In this document: positions 1 through 9,178 of the stretch, piece after piece
How positions within the stretch are numbered: the first letter of the stretch is position 1
How the letters are laid out: each line of letters begins with the position of its first letter
Source of the DNA: an uncultured bacterium
Lineage (GTDB): Bacteria > Hydrothermota > UBA3073 > NMUJ01 > CBEVQO01
DNA: 64,000 nt
Assembly (NCBI GenBank): GCA_965552055.1
Contig: CBEVQO010000006.1
Span: forward strand, 70,394 to 134,393
Direction of reading: 5' to 3'
The notes under the pieces: model-generated
Database searches by the model: none
What the model was told of the DNA's origin: nothing
Seen by the model: only the letters and a program-made list of their open reading frames with translations
Program-made: the position numbers and the translations under genes

Positions 1-1415
1 TCTTTTAAATTTTTTGCAGTCTTAGGTATTGCCTTTGTTATTCTATCAACCTCACTATAGGGTATTTCGAGCACTCTTCCGACATCTCTTATTGCTGCTT
101 TCGCTTGCATCGTATCAAATGTTATTATCTGACAAGTTTTCTCCTGACCATATTTTTTCACGAGATATTCAATAACTTCATCGCGCCTGTCATGCTGGAA
201 GTCTATATCAACATCTGGCATAGATACTCTTTCGGGATTCAAAAATCTTTCAAAAAGTAAGCCATATTTCAATGGGTCTATTTCTGTTACTTTTAAAGCA
301 TAAAGAACTATACTTCCCACTGCTGAGCCTCTTCCCGGTCCTACCCTTATTCCTTTGGCTCTGGCAGCATCAACAAGATCTTTTATTATAAGGAAGTATC
401 CGGCGTAACCCATTTCCTTTATTATCTTCATCTCGTAATTGAAACGCTCAACCACTTCTTTTGGCAAATCAGGGTATCTTTCTCTTAATCCCTGCCATGC
501 GATATGTTCAAGATATTCATAGGTGGTTTTAAAGCCTTCTGGTAAAGGATATTCCGGTAATTTCACTTTTGTAGGGTCTAATTCAAGATTTAAATTACAT
601 CTTTCTGCAATTTCTATCGTGTTATAAATTGCCTCAGGATGATCGGAGAATAAATTTTCCATTTCTTCCTGGGACTTGAAATAAAGTTCTTTACTTTCAA
701 ACTTCAACCTGTTTTGGTCTCTCCTTTTTGATTGTGTTTGAATACAAAGCAATACATCATGTGCATCTGCATCTTCTTTATGTAAATAGTGACAATCATT
801 TGTAGCTACAGTTTTTATCTTCATTTCTTTTGACCATTCCATTAATTTTGCATTTACAATGTCGTTCCCTTCTAAACCCAATCTCATTAACTCAAAATAA
901 AAATTATCCTTTCCGAAAATTTCAAGATATTCTTCTACCGCTTTTTTTGCCCTCTCTTCTTGTCCATTCAGAATATAATAAGGAATTTCTCCATGAAGAC
1001 AACCCGATAATGCAATTAGCCCTTCTTTATACTTTCTAAGGTCATTTTTATCAATTCTTGGTTTATAGTAAAAGCCTTCGGTATAACCTATTGTAGCTAA
1101 TTTCATCAAATTTTTATATCCTTTTTCATTTTCTACAAGTAAAGTAAGATGAAATGCTGGTGTTCTGCCTTCTATCGTTCTTTTTTCAGTTTTATCAAAT
1201 GGCACAAGATATGCTTCCATCCCGATTATTGGCTTGATTCCTGCTTCCTGCATAATTTTATAAAATTGTATTACGCCAAACATATTGCCGTGGTCTGTTA
1301 TAGCAACTGCACGCATTTTGTATTGTTGGGCAAGTTCAGCTAAATCTTTAAGCTTACACGCTCCATCTAACAAACTATAAGATGTATGAACATGTAAATG
1401 TACAAACTCAGCCAT
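1..1415 (-). CDS. dnaE: DNA polymerase III alpha subunit (N-terminal part; runs off window start)
   Basis: Not in ORF track; read manually from ATG at 1415: MAEFVHLHVHTSYSLLDGA.., ITDHGNMFG, GFYYKPRID, GPGRGSAVGS, FERFLNPERVSMPDVDIDF. Confidence 0.97.
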   Translation of the reverse strand, partial: MAEFVHLHVHTSYSLLDGACKLKDLAELAQQYKMRAVAITDHGNMFGVIQFYKIMQEAGIKPIIGMEAYLVPFDKTEKRTIEGRTPAFHLTLLVENEKGYKNLMKLATIGYTEGFYYKPRIDKNDLRKYKEGLIALSGCLHGEIPYYILNGQEERAKKAVEEYLEIFGKDNFYFELMRLGLEGNDIVNAKLMEWSKEMKIKTVATNDCHYLHKEDADAHDVLLCIQTQSKRRDQNRLKFESKELYFKSQEEMENLFSDHPEAIYNTIEIAERCNLNLELDPTKVKLPEYPLPEGFKTTYEYLEHIAWQGLRERYPDLPKEVVERFNYEMKIIKEMGYAGYFLIIKDLVDAARAKGIRVGPGRGSAVGSIVLYALKVTEIDPLKYGLLFERFLNPERVSMPDVDIDFQHDRRDEVIEYLVKKYGQEKTCQIITFDTMQAKAAIRDVGRVLEIPYSEVDRITKAIPKTAKNLK

Positions 1416-1987
1416 TATAACTCCATTATTTTTCGATAAACTTCCTCTGCTAAAATTTTCCTCATTTTTGCATCTGTCTTTGAAGGTATCGTAATTTCCT
1501 TTCCGAATGCCAATCTATATCTTATTCCATTTTTTTCGATTTTCACGGGTAGAATTTTTGCACCTGTTTTTGAAGCAAGATAAATTGCCCCGGGTTTCGG
1601 TGTTACTTTCTCACCCGGTTTTACCATTTTGCCTTCGATAAAAATAAGAAGGTTTCCTTTTTTCAGAATCTCAATTAACTTACGCATAAGCGAAGGCTCT
1701 GGTTTATCACGGTCTATAAAAATAGCACCAGCTCTCTGTGCAAAATAAAGAAAGGGTTTCCTCAAATCTTTAACAAGACCTTTAACCGCAAAGAAATAGA
1801 GCTTCTTCGGAAAAACAGTACACCCTATTAAAATTGGGTCAAGATGGGTTATGTGATTCGAGACAAATAGCAAATTTTTATTTCGTTCAGGAATGTTCTC
1901 TAAACCTTTAATTTTTAAAAAGAAAAGACGATAAACGCGATAAAGAATATAAATTATTGCAAGCATAAACTGGAAAGTGAGCTCCAT
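1415..1987 (-). CDS. plsC: 1-acyl-sn-glycerol-3-phosphate acyltransferase (PlsC family)
   Basis: NHITHLD (HX4D), FIDR and FIEG motifs. Confidence 0.85.
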   Translation of the reverse strand: MELTFQFMLAIIYILYRVYRLFFLKIKGLENIPERNKNLLFVSNHITHLDPILIGCTVFPKKLYFFAVKGLVKDLRKPFLYFAQRAGAIFIDRDKPEPSLMRKLIEILKKGNLLIFIEGKMVKPGEKVTPKPGAIYLASKTGAKILPVKIEKNGIRYRLAFGKEITIPSKTDAKMRKILAEEVYRKIMEL

Positions 1988-1988
1988 T

Positions 1989-2939
1989 TCAGGATTTGTC
2001 TTCTTTGAATAAATCTAAAAATCTATCTTCGTATTTTTTAAATAAATTCCATTTGTCTAATTCTTTTTTCAAAATGTATGCTTTGCTTCTATCTTTTTTT
2101 GCTTCTTCAAATAATTTTTCAATTTTTTCAAGTACAGATTTTGGAACATCTTCTTCAGAATAAGTTTCAATTTCTTTTTCCACTGGTGGAATTGCCTCTG
2201 ATGGTTCCGGCTTTTTTATAAATTGAGTGAACTTTTCTTTTAATGATTTGAGTTCTTTTTCTAATGATTCAATTTGCATATCAAGTTCATATGTATCAAT
2301 TGTTATTCCTATTATTTTGCTCATTGTAAGCACAACTGCTTTTGATGCTTTGGGATTTGGTATTTCGATAGCAAATTGGGGCATGGTGGCAAGAAAACAG
2401 GCAGCGTCTATATCCCAGTCCCTGGCATAGCCTATTATTAAGCCGTTCATACCACGAATGTGTCCTCCCTCCATTATTCTTATCTTATATTTATCATACA
2501 ATAAATTTCTTAATTGTTCAGAATTTGCAACAGCATAAACCACCGAGGGATCTTCAAATGTCTGATTTAACTGGGGGAAAGCAGCTCCTGTCATAATCAT
2601 TCTTACTTTCATCTCTTTTGCGAATGATAAAATTAAGTTTAAAAAGTTTTCACCATCCTTACTTCGCAATTGAATGTTGCTTTCAAATAATATAATGTCG
2701 GGATTTTTCCTATAATAAAAACTATTCATAGGTGGGGGTGCTTTAAAAGTGACCCCATTTTCTACTTCCACATAATCATGCGTAAAAACATCGCTAATAT
2801 CAACCTCTGCAAATTTTTCACAATTCAATTTTCTGCGCAGAAAATCAACAGCTCCAAGAGCAACATTGCCCATACCCGGCCAGCCTGCTATCATTATCGG
2901 AGACCTTACATCTATTCTTTTTAACACTCTAATATCCAT
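1989..2939 (-). CDS. PAC2 (proteasome assembly chaperone) family protein
   Basis: AGWPGMGNV start motif, GHIRGMNGLIIG, PNPKAS, C-terminal coiled coil. Confidence 0.8.
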   Translation of the reverse strand: MDIRVLKRIDVRSPIMIAGWPGMGNVALGAVDFLRRKLNCEKFAEVDISDVFTHDYVEVENGVTFKAPPPMNSFYYRKNPDIILFESNIQLRSKDGENFLNLILSFAKEMKVRMIMTGAAFPQLNQTFEDPSVVYAVANSEQLRNLLYDKYKIRIMEGGHIRGMNGLIIGYARDWDIDAACFLATMPQFAIEIPNPKASKAVVLTMSKIIGITIDTYELDMQIESLEKELKSLKEKFTQFIKKPEPSEAIPPVEKEIETYSEEDVPKSVLEKIEKLFEEAKKDRSKAYILKKELDKWNLFKKYEDRFLDLFKEDKS

Positions 2940-2947
2940 TTCTTTTT

Positions 2948-2974
2948 AATTTAATCGAATATCTCAATTGTCAA
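2948..2974 (-). promoter_or_regulatory. sigma70-type promoter TTGACA-N15-TAAATT
   Basis: -35 at 2974-2969, -10 at 2953-2948, ATG 8 nt downstream. Confidence 0.55.
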
Positions 2975-3918
2975 TCAAATTTTTTATTTTTCCGTAAGAG
3001 ATAGATAAAAAATGGAACACCAAATAAAGATGTAACAACACTTATCGGAAATTCTATAGTCCATATCCTTGAGAGAGTATCTGAAATTAACAGTAGAGAA
3101 GGTCCTATTAACAAAACACTTTTTAAAACTTTTTTATAATCCGCACCGATACAGAGGCGCGCTAAATGAGGAACACAAAGACCAACAAAACCAATCGCAC
3201 CACATAACATAACAGTCAATGCTGTTAAAATACCCGATAATATAAAAATTTTGAAACGCAACTTATTAACATCCACTCCGCACGATAAAGCTTCATATTC
3301 ACCCAGCGATAATAAATTTAATGCTTGAGAATATTTGATAAACAAAAAAATGCAAATAAGTAAAAAGAAGTAGGAAAAAGTTAAAGAAATATAAAATAAC
3401 TTATCGGGAATGACCGATAGCCTCCCCATAAGAAAATAAATTATCTGGGATAAACTTTCGCCATGTAAAACCATTAAAATCATAGTTAAACTGCTGACAA
3501 ATGTGCTAACTATTACTCCCGACAGAATCAAAGTGTGCGGCAAAGCAACTCCTCTTATGCTTCCTAACCTGTAAATTATAAAAATAGAAATAACAGCAAA
3601 TAATAAGGAAAAAGGTTGGTAAAAATTTAAGAATAATTTCCCAAAGATAGCACCCAGACATGCACTACCGGCTACACCAAGGATGTAAGGGTCACATAGG
3701 GGATTGCGCAAAATGCCCTGCAATACAGCACCTGATAATGATAAAGAAATGCCACAAAAAATTCCCAAAATTAATCTCAATACCCTTAACTTCAATATCA
3801 AAGTATTTGATAAGAAGCTAGCAGGTCCTGTGAAGATTTCAAGAAGAATTGAAAAAATTAAAAATAGTATTAATACAATGATTTTAAGATATGTGCCAGT
3901 TTTTCTTGAGTTTGCCAT
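2971..3918 (-). CDS. FecCD/BtuC family ABC permease (cobalamin/iron-chelate)
   Basis: LRNPLCDPYILG, LGEYEALSCGVD (EAA), GAIGFVGLCVPH. Confidence 0.9.
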   Translation of the reverse strand: MANSRKTGTYLKIIVLILFLIFSILLEIFTGPASFLSNTLILKLRVLRLILGIFCGISLSLSGAVLQGILRNPLCDPYILGVAGSACLGAIFGKLFLNFYQPFSLLFAVISIFIIYRLGSIRGVALPHTLILSGVIVSTFVSSLTMILMVLHGESLSQIIYFLMGRLSVIPDKLFYISLTFSYFFLLICIFLFIKYSQALNLLSLGEYEALSCGVDVNKLRFKIFILSGILTALTVMLCGAIGFVGLCVPHLARLCIGADYKKVLKSVLLIGPSLLLISDTLSRIWTIEFPISVVTSLFGVPFFIYLLRKNKKFD

Positions 3919-5066
3919 TGCCCGTATAATACTCCCTGACCTGCCAACCTACCGAGAGCACTTTTTGTTTCATTATCAATAGGGTTCAATTTAGCATTTT
4001 GGAAAGGTGTCCCCGGAAGTGGCATAAAAGTATGTGCATGAATACGCGCACCCATTCCCGAGAGCTCCTCCATAACCCTCACGGTTTTTCGTCTATCTGC
4101 TTGAGTCTCCCCCGGTAATCCAAACATAAAATCAACATGCGGGGTAAAACCTGCCTTTAAAGCATTTTGCACCGCAGTATAAACATCAGAAACCGTGTGA
4201 CCCCTCCCTATCTTTTCAAGCAAACTATCACTGCCTGTCTGTGCACCTATTATCAGATATTGATTATCTACAAATTCTTTTAATAATAAAGCAATGTCCT
4301 CTGTCAAAAAATCAGGACGAACTTCTGAAGGAAAATTGCCAAAAAATATTCTGCCCCTTCTTTTAACCACATCTCTCACCGATTTTAGAAATTCATATAG
4401 CATGTTGTAATCTGCTTTAAATCCATCTGTGCCATACGATAGGGCATTTGGTGTGATAAATCTTATATCCGTTATTCCTACAGCGAGTAAATCGCAAACC
4501 AGATCACAAATTTTTTCTATACTTCTATGTCGCACATCCCTACCAAAGAGATAAGTTGTCTGACAAAATTTACAACCCCATGGACAGCCCCTTGTTATTT
4601 CAATTGCTCCGTATTTCCCGTATTTCTTCACAAAAGGATAAAAATCATCGAGATTTTGAACTTTTTCGCCCTGTATTATTTTCTCCTTTATTTCTTCTCC
4701 TTTTTTCAGTTTTTCGATTAATTTCGGAAAAGAGATTTCTCCTTCACCTTTTATAATGTAATCGAAGCCTCTCCTCAAAGTATTTTCAGGTAATGCACTT
4801 GCATGAGGACCACCTCCTATTATGATTAGTTTATCACCATAAGTATTTTTCAAATCTTTTACAATTTTAAAAATTTCTTTTGCCTGTGTTGAGAAAAAAG
4901 ATATTGCCAAAATTATTTTTTTGTGTTTCTTAAAAAGTTTCGCCAGTTCCCATTGCAAATTTTTTGTTATAAATTTAATTTCATAATCGGGATTTTTTTG
5001 CAGAAGCGAAGCCGTAATCGCCCTCAATCCATTTCTATTCGGTTTTGGATAATATATGCAAAGCAC
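3870..5066 (-). CDS. B12-binding domain radical SAM protein
   Basis: GGPHA, GEGE, RGCPWGCKFC. Confidence 0.9.
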   Translation of the reverse strand: MLCIYYPKPNRNGLRAITASLLQKNPDYEIKFITKNLQWELAKLFKKHKKIILAISFFSTQAKEIFKIVKDLKNTYGDKLIIIGGGPHASALPENTLRRGFDYIIKGEGEISFPKLIEKLKKGEEIKEKIIQGEKVQNLDDFYPFVKKYGKYGAIEITRGCPWGCKFCQTTYLFGRDVRHRSIEKICDLVCDLLAVGITDIRFITPNALSYGTDGFKADYNMLYEFLKSVRDVVKRRGRIFFGNFPSEVRPDFLTEDIALLLKEFVDNQYLIIGAQTGSDSLLEKIGRGHTVSDVYTAVQNALKAGFTPHVDFMFGLPGETQADRRKTVRVMEELSGMGARIHAHTFMPLPGTPFQNAKLNPIDNETKSALGRLAGQGVLYGQWQTQEKLAHILKSLY

Positions 5067-5071
5067 AATAA

Positions 5072-5098
5072 ATGATAATTATAATTTTAAGATGTCAA
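5072..5098 (-). promoter_or_regulatory. promoter TTGACA-N15-TATCAT, GTG start 5 nt downstream
   Basis: -35 5098-5093, -10 5077-5072. Confidence 0.55.
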
Positions 5099-5110
5099 CT
5101 TATAATTTTT

Positions 5111-5220
5111 AGCCCCGCCTCCCAGTCCCCGCCGCCCTCGTGCACACCCCTCCTTTCAGTCGGGGTGTTGACTCACAACCCATATGTAATGCACTCGCTC
5201 CGCTCGTAATAAAAAATTTA
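5111..5220. repeat. GC-rich non-coding island with IS200/IS605-end-like hairpin
   Basis: ACACCCC(5144-5150)/GGGGTGT(5162-5168) hairpin followed by TGAC; motif at 5182-5219 recurs inverted at 63761-63800. Confidence 0.4.
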
Positions 5221-5236
5221 ATAGAGTTATTAAAAA

Positions 5237-6703
5237 TTATTCGCATCTACCACCGAGATGTTTCGCAAGAAATCTTTCCACAGCTTCATAAAATTTTAAT
5301 CTATTTTCCTGAATCAAAAGTCCATGTCCTTCGTTTTCGAAAAGCAAATATTCCACTTCTTTGCCTCTTTCTCTGAGTGCTTTAACGATTTGTTCGCTCT
5401 CCTCTCTCTTTACCCTTGGGTCATTTGCCCCCTGTCCTATGAGTAATGGTATTTTAATTCTATCTACATGGAAATAGGGAGACCTTGACTTTAAAAATTC
5501 TGCTTCTTTATCGGGGTCACCCACCCTTTTCCTTTCTATTGCCCAGTAAGTTTTCCAGTAAGGAGGGATTGATTTCAGATGCGTAATAAGGTTACTGGGT
5601 CCACATAAAGAGATTGCACATTTGAAAAGGTCAGGTGTGAATGTGGCTCCACAAAGTGCAGCATATCCACCGTATGAAAAGCCCTTGATTGCTATCCTTT
5701 CGGGGTCTGCGTAGCCATTTTCAATGCACCATTTAACTGCATCAACAAGGTCATCATGCATCTTGCCACCCCATTCCCTATCACCTGCGTTCAGAAACTC
5801 TTTACCAAATCCCATTGAGCCACGAAAATTAACCTGCAAACATAAATAACCCCTATTTGCGAGCCATTGCACCACAGGGTCAAATGCCCAAAAGTCCCTA
5901 TCCCAGGGACCACCATGCACCTCGAGTACCATAGGCAGATTTTTTCTCGGTAAACCTTTGGGGAATGTGAGATAGCATAACATTCTGTAGCCATCCCTTG
6001 TTCGTATAAATACCGGCATTTTATTGGAAAAGGTATATTTTTTAAGTTCGGGCTGGGTTGAAAATAAAAATTCCAATTTCTTATTATCCCTTTGATAAAG
6101 ATAAAATTCCCATGGTGTATCATCTTTACTAAATGCTATGACCCATATGTTATTATCACTGCTCTGGCTGGTTATCACATAATCGCCTTTCAATTTGTCG
6201 TTTAAAAATTCGATGTCTTCCTTTACTTCATCTGAAACTGCTATCAATTAGCTTTTTCTTTATAAATGCAAACAGCAAGTAGCTCATCGGTATAAGGATG
6301 GAATAACGCCAAACTCCGCATTGGCAAACAATCATATGAGTATTTCATCAGGTCGCGAAGGATGGGCACGAAGTATGCTCGCCTAGACACCCTCAAAAGG
6401 TGTGAGGTCTTTTATCTCGCCTGTTAAAGTGTCTATCCTGTATATGTGCCAGTTTTCGTCACCATCGTAATCTTTCATGTATATTATGTGTCTGCTGTTT
6501 TCAGCCCAATCGTAATTGATTATGCTTCTTTCTTTCTCAAAGGTTAACTGTCTTTCGCCTTTTTCATCTTTCAGCCATATGTTAAGCACATCGTCAGTTC
6601 GCTTTAGATATGACATTTTCCTGCCGTCGGGTGAAACCCCGGGATATGTTATTTCCTCTAGCCCTATGAGCACCTCGCGGGGTATCAGCTCGGGCAATGC
6701 CAT
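5237..6703 (-). pseudogene. S9 family (dipeptidyl aminopeptidase/acylaminoacyl peptidase) pseudogene
   Basis: N-terminal propeller fragment 6383-6703 ends in TAG; homology-like text continues ASILRAHPSRPDEILI, then jumps to YDC..FHPYTDELLAV in another frame, frameshifts again into 5237-6247, which holds HGGP, GFSYGG, DPRV, EGHG. Confidence 0.85.
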
Positions 6704-6722
6704 TTCCCCTCCTTTTTGTTAT

Positions 6723-6798
6723 CTTGTAATCTAAACTTAGATTTGTCAATTAAAATTTTGGTTAAACTGACTTGACAAATTTTTATTTTGGATAATAT
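6723..6798. promoter_or_regulatory. divergent promoters (peptidase, - ; tmRNA operon, +)
   Basis: - strand TTGACA(6749-6744)-N15-TACAAG; + strand TTGACA(6772-6777)-N15-TAATAT. Confidence 0.6.
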
Positions 6799-6813
6799 AT
6801 AAGGGAGCTCTTT

Positions 6814-7128
6814 GGGGGCGAAAAGGATTCGACGGGGGTGACCGCAGCAGGAGGAGCACGCCGGGAGGGGTCCCGTAAACCCTTAAATAAGTGCGGAGTA
6901 TGCCTGGGCTGCATAAGGGCTAGCCCCTGAACCGACGCCCATAGGTTCAGGGGGACGGGTATGGGCTCTTCTGCTACCCTTGACCCCGGGGTGGCAGAGA
7001 AATCCAGGGGTCTGGCTCTGCACTACCGTGCCCCATCCGGGGTGCAGGGCGAGATTAAAGATGGGGCTAAGCGTGTAGTGCCCCTGTTGTGGCACTCTCG
7101 GACGTGGGTTCGATTCCCACCGCCTCCA
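6814..7128 (+). ncRNA. ssrA: tmRNA; tag (A)AEYAWAA at 6893-6916
   Basis: 5' GGGGGCGAAAAGGATTCGACGGG, 3' T-arm GTGGGTTCGATTCCCAC and CGCCTCCA with G3:U70 pair; tag ORF after AAATAAGT. Confidence 0.96.
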
Positions 7129-7129
7129 T

Positions 7130-7201
7130 GCCCCCGTAGCTCAATGGTAGAGCGACGGGCTGTTAACCCGGAGGTTGCAGGTTCGAATCCTGCCGGGGGC
7201 G
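7130..7201 (+). tRNA. tRNA-Asn (GTT)
   Basis: Cloverleaf GCCCCCG/CGGGGGC, loop CT-GTT-AA, TTCGAAT; CCA not encoded. Confidence 0.95.
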
Positions 7202-7202
7202 T

Positions 7203-7275
7203 GCCCCTGTAGCTCAATTGGAAGAGCGTCGGACTTCGGATCCGATTGCTGTGGGTTCGAGTCCCACCAGGGGTG
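7203..7275 (+). tRNA. tRNA-Arg (TCG)
   Basis: Cloverleaf GCCCCTG/CAGGGGT, TCGGA-CT-TCG-GA-TCCGA; CCA not encoded. Confidence 0.95.
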
Positions 7276-7313
7276 CATACTTTTCATTTTTCCCTTTCTT
7301 AATAATCTTTCAA

Positions 7314-7341
7314 TTGACAACTTCAAAAAATAAATTATAAT
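7314..7341 (+). promoter_or_regulatory. promoter TTGACA-N16-TATAAT, ATG 5 nt downstream
   Basis: perfect consensus hexamers; ATG at 7347. Confidence 0.7.
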
Positions 7342-7346
7342 TGTCA

Positions 7347-8315
7347 ATGCAATTTTGTAAGAAAATAGGAATAGCACTTGGTGCAGGTGCTGCTCGTGGT
7401 TTAGCTCATATAGGTGTGCTTCAGGCTATCGAAGAGGAAGGCATAAAAATTGATTTTGTAGCAGGCACAAGCATGGGTGCAATTGTTGGTGCTTATTTTG
7501 CGAAAAATGGCACAGTAAAAGGACTTAAGGAACTTGCGTTGCTGATGGACAGGCTAAATCTTATACGATTAGCCGACCCCAATATCCTTCTTATGTTCAA
7601 GGGATTCATTTCAGGAAAACGGGTTGAAGATTTTTTAAAAATAATTGTGGGTGATATTTATTTTGAAGATTTACAAATTCCTTTCGCGGTAGTAGCTACT
7701 GACTTATATACAGGAAAAGAAGTGGTGATAAAAGAAGGCAGGGTTATTTCAGCAATTAGAGCAAGTATTTCTATTCCTGCAATTTTTGTCCCTGTAAAAT
7801 GGGAAGAAACTTTTTTAGTAGATGGTGCCCTTTCTAATCCCGTTCCCGTAGATATTGTACGCAAAATGGGTGCAGATATTGTGATAGCAAGTAATGTTAT
7901 CCCTGCACCTTCTCACGATAAAGCATTAAAATCTTCGGATATAAAAACAAAAGAAATCAAAAGTAATGCAAATTCCGAAAAGATGCAAAGAGAAATAAAG
8001 AATCTAGTCCAAAAAGATACAACGAAATTTAATTTACTGGAAAATCTTATAAAAAAGATAAAAGAAAGCAAAGCACTGGAAAAATTAAAAGAAGAGATGC
8101 AAGTTCCTAATATTTTTGAAGTATTAATCCGAAGCCTAGAAATAATGGAATATGAAATTGCAAAATTATGTGCTGAAAAAGCAGATATTGTTATTACACC
8201 CGATTTAGAAGGAATAAGTGCACTTGATTTTAAAAATGCTGGCGAAATAATTAAAAGGGGATACGAAAAAGCAAAATTTCTGTTGACAATATTAAAAAGA
8301 AATTATAATAAATGA
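7347..8315 (+). CDS. patatin-like phospholipase (RssA type)
   Basis: LGAGAARG, GTSMG, DGA motifs; start moved to ATG 7347. Confidence 0.9.
   Translation: MQFCKKIGIALGAGAARGLAHIGVLQAIEEEGIKIDFVAGTSMGAIVGAYFAKNGTVKGLKELALLMDRLNLIRLADPNILLMFKGFISGKRVEDFLKIIVGDIYFEDLQIPFAVVATDLYTGKEVVIKEGRVISAIRASISIPAIFVPVKWEETFLVDGALSNPVPVDIVRKMGADIVIASNVIPAPSHDKALKSSDIKTKEIKSNANSEKMQREIKNLVQKDTTKFNLLENLIKKIKESKALEKLKEEMQVPNIFEVLIRSLEIMEYEIAKLCAEKADIVITPDLEGISALDFKNAGEIIKRGYEKAKFLLTILKRNYNK
8283..8309 (+). promoter_or_regulatory. promoter TTGACA-N15-TATAAT
   Basis: perfect hexamers; second ATG (8315) 5 nt downstream. Confidence 0.7.
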
Positions 8316-9178
8316 TGGAAAAATTTATATCCGAATTTTTAATCTATATGGATGGAAAAGGCTCCAGTCCTCATACTCTTATTAACTATGAAAGTGATCT
8401 TAAAAACTTTGCAGATTTTTTGAAAACAAAAAGGATTAAAGATGTAAAAAAGATATCACCTTCAATAATCCGCGAATATATAATGGAACTCTATTCTCTT
8501 TCCATGAGTAAAAGTTCAATTCAAAGAAAAATATCGTCATTAAAGTCTTTTTTCAAATTTTTGTTGAGACGCAAGATAATAGAGAAAAATCCGATGTCAG
8601 ATATAAAAACGCCAAAAAAAGAAAAAAAATTGCCAGAATATGTATCGGAAAAAGAAATGGAAAAACTTTTTGATTTGCCAAATGTTTCTCTCCGTGATAG
8701 AGCGATACTCGAGCTTTTGTATGCTACAGGCATGCGAGCATCCGAACTCATCAGATTGAATGTGAAGGATATCGATTTCAATAGAGGAGAAGTAAAGGTT
8801 CTTGGCAAAGGCAGAAAAGAAAGGATAATTCCGCTCACAGAGAAAGCTAAAGAAATTCTTAAAATGTATCTCGAAAAAGAAGGACGAATTGATAATCTTA
8901 ATTCTCCTTTATTTTTAAGTAAAAGGAAAAAAAGATTAAGTCAAAGGACATTGCAAAGGATAGTAAAAAAATATTTGCAGATGGTATCCGAAGTCAAAAG
9001 AAAGAGTCCCCATGTTATAAGACACACTTTTGCTACTCATTTGCTTCGTGCAGGTTGCGATATAAGGACTATAAAGGAACTGCTGGGTCATTCTTCAATA
9101 TCCACTACGGAAATTTACACCCATATTTTGCCTGATAAAATTTTTGAAGTTTATAAAAGAGCGCATCCGAGAGCATGA
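8312..9178 (+). CDS. xerC: tyrosine recombinase XerC/XerD
   Basis: RDRAILELLYATGMR, HVIRHTFATH, LLGH, C-terminal HPRA. Confidence 0.88.
   Translation: MMEKFISEFLIYMDGKGSSPHTLINYESDLKNFADFLKTKRIKDVKKISPSIIREYIMELYSLSMSKSSIQRKISSLKSFFKFLLRRKIIEKNPMSDIKTPKKEKKLPEYVSEKEMEKLFDLPNVSLRDRAILELLYATGMRASELIRLNVKDIDFNRGEVKVLGKGRKERIIPLTEKAKEILKMYLEKEGRIDNLNSPLFLSKRKKRLSQRTLQRIVKKYLQMVSEVKRKSPHVIRHTFATHLLRAGCDIRTIKELLGHSSISTTEIYTHILPDKIFEVYKRAHPRA

Noticed and set aside
6383..6385. TAG recoding in the peptidase
   Set aside because: Additional deletion and frameshift indicate decay; TAG is a normal stop elsewhere (rpmH, cheR)
6883..7377. Short ORFs of 64-83 aa on both strands
   Set aside because: They overlie tmRNA and tRNAs
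7130..9178. Integrative element at the tRNA with an integrase
   Set aside because: The recombinase looks like chromosomal Xer (288 aa, HPRA end); no duplicated tRNA 3' end or phage genes seen
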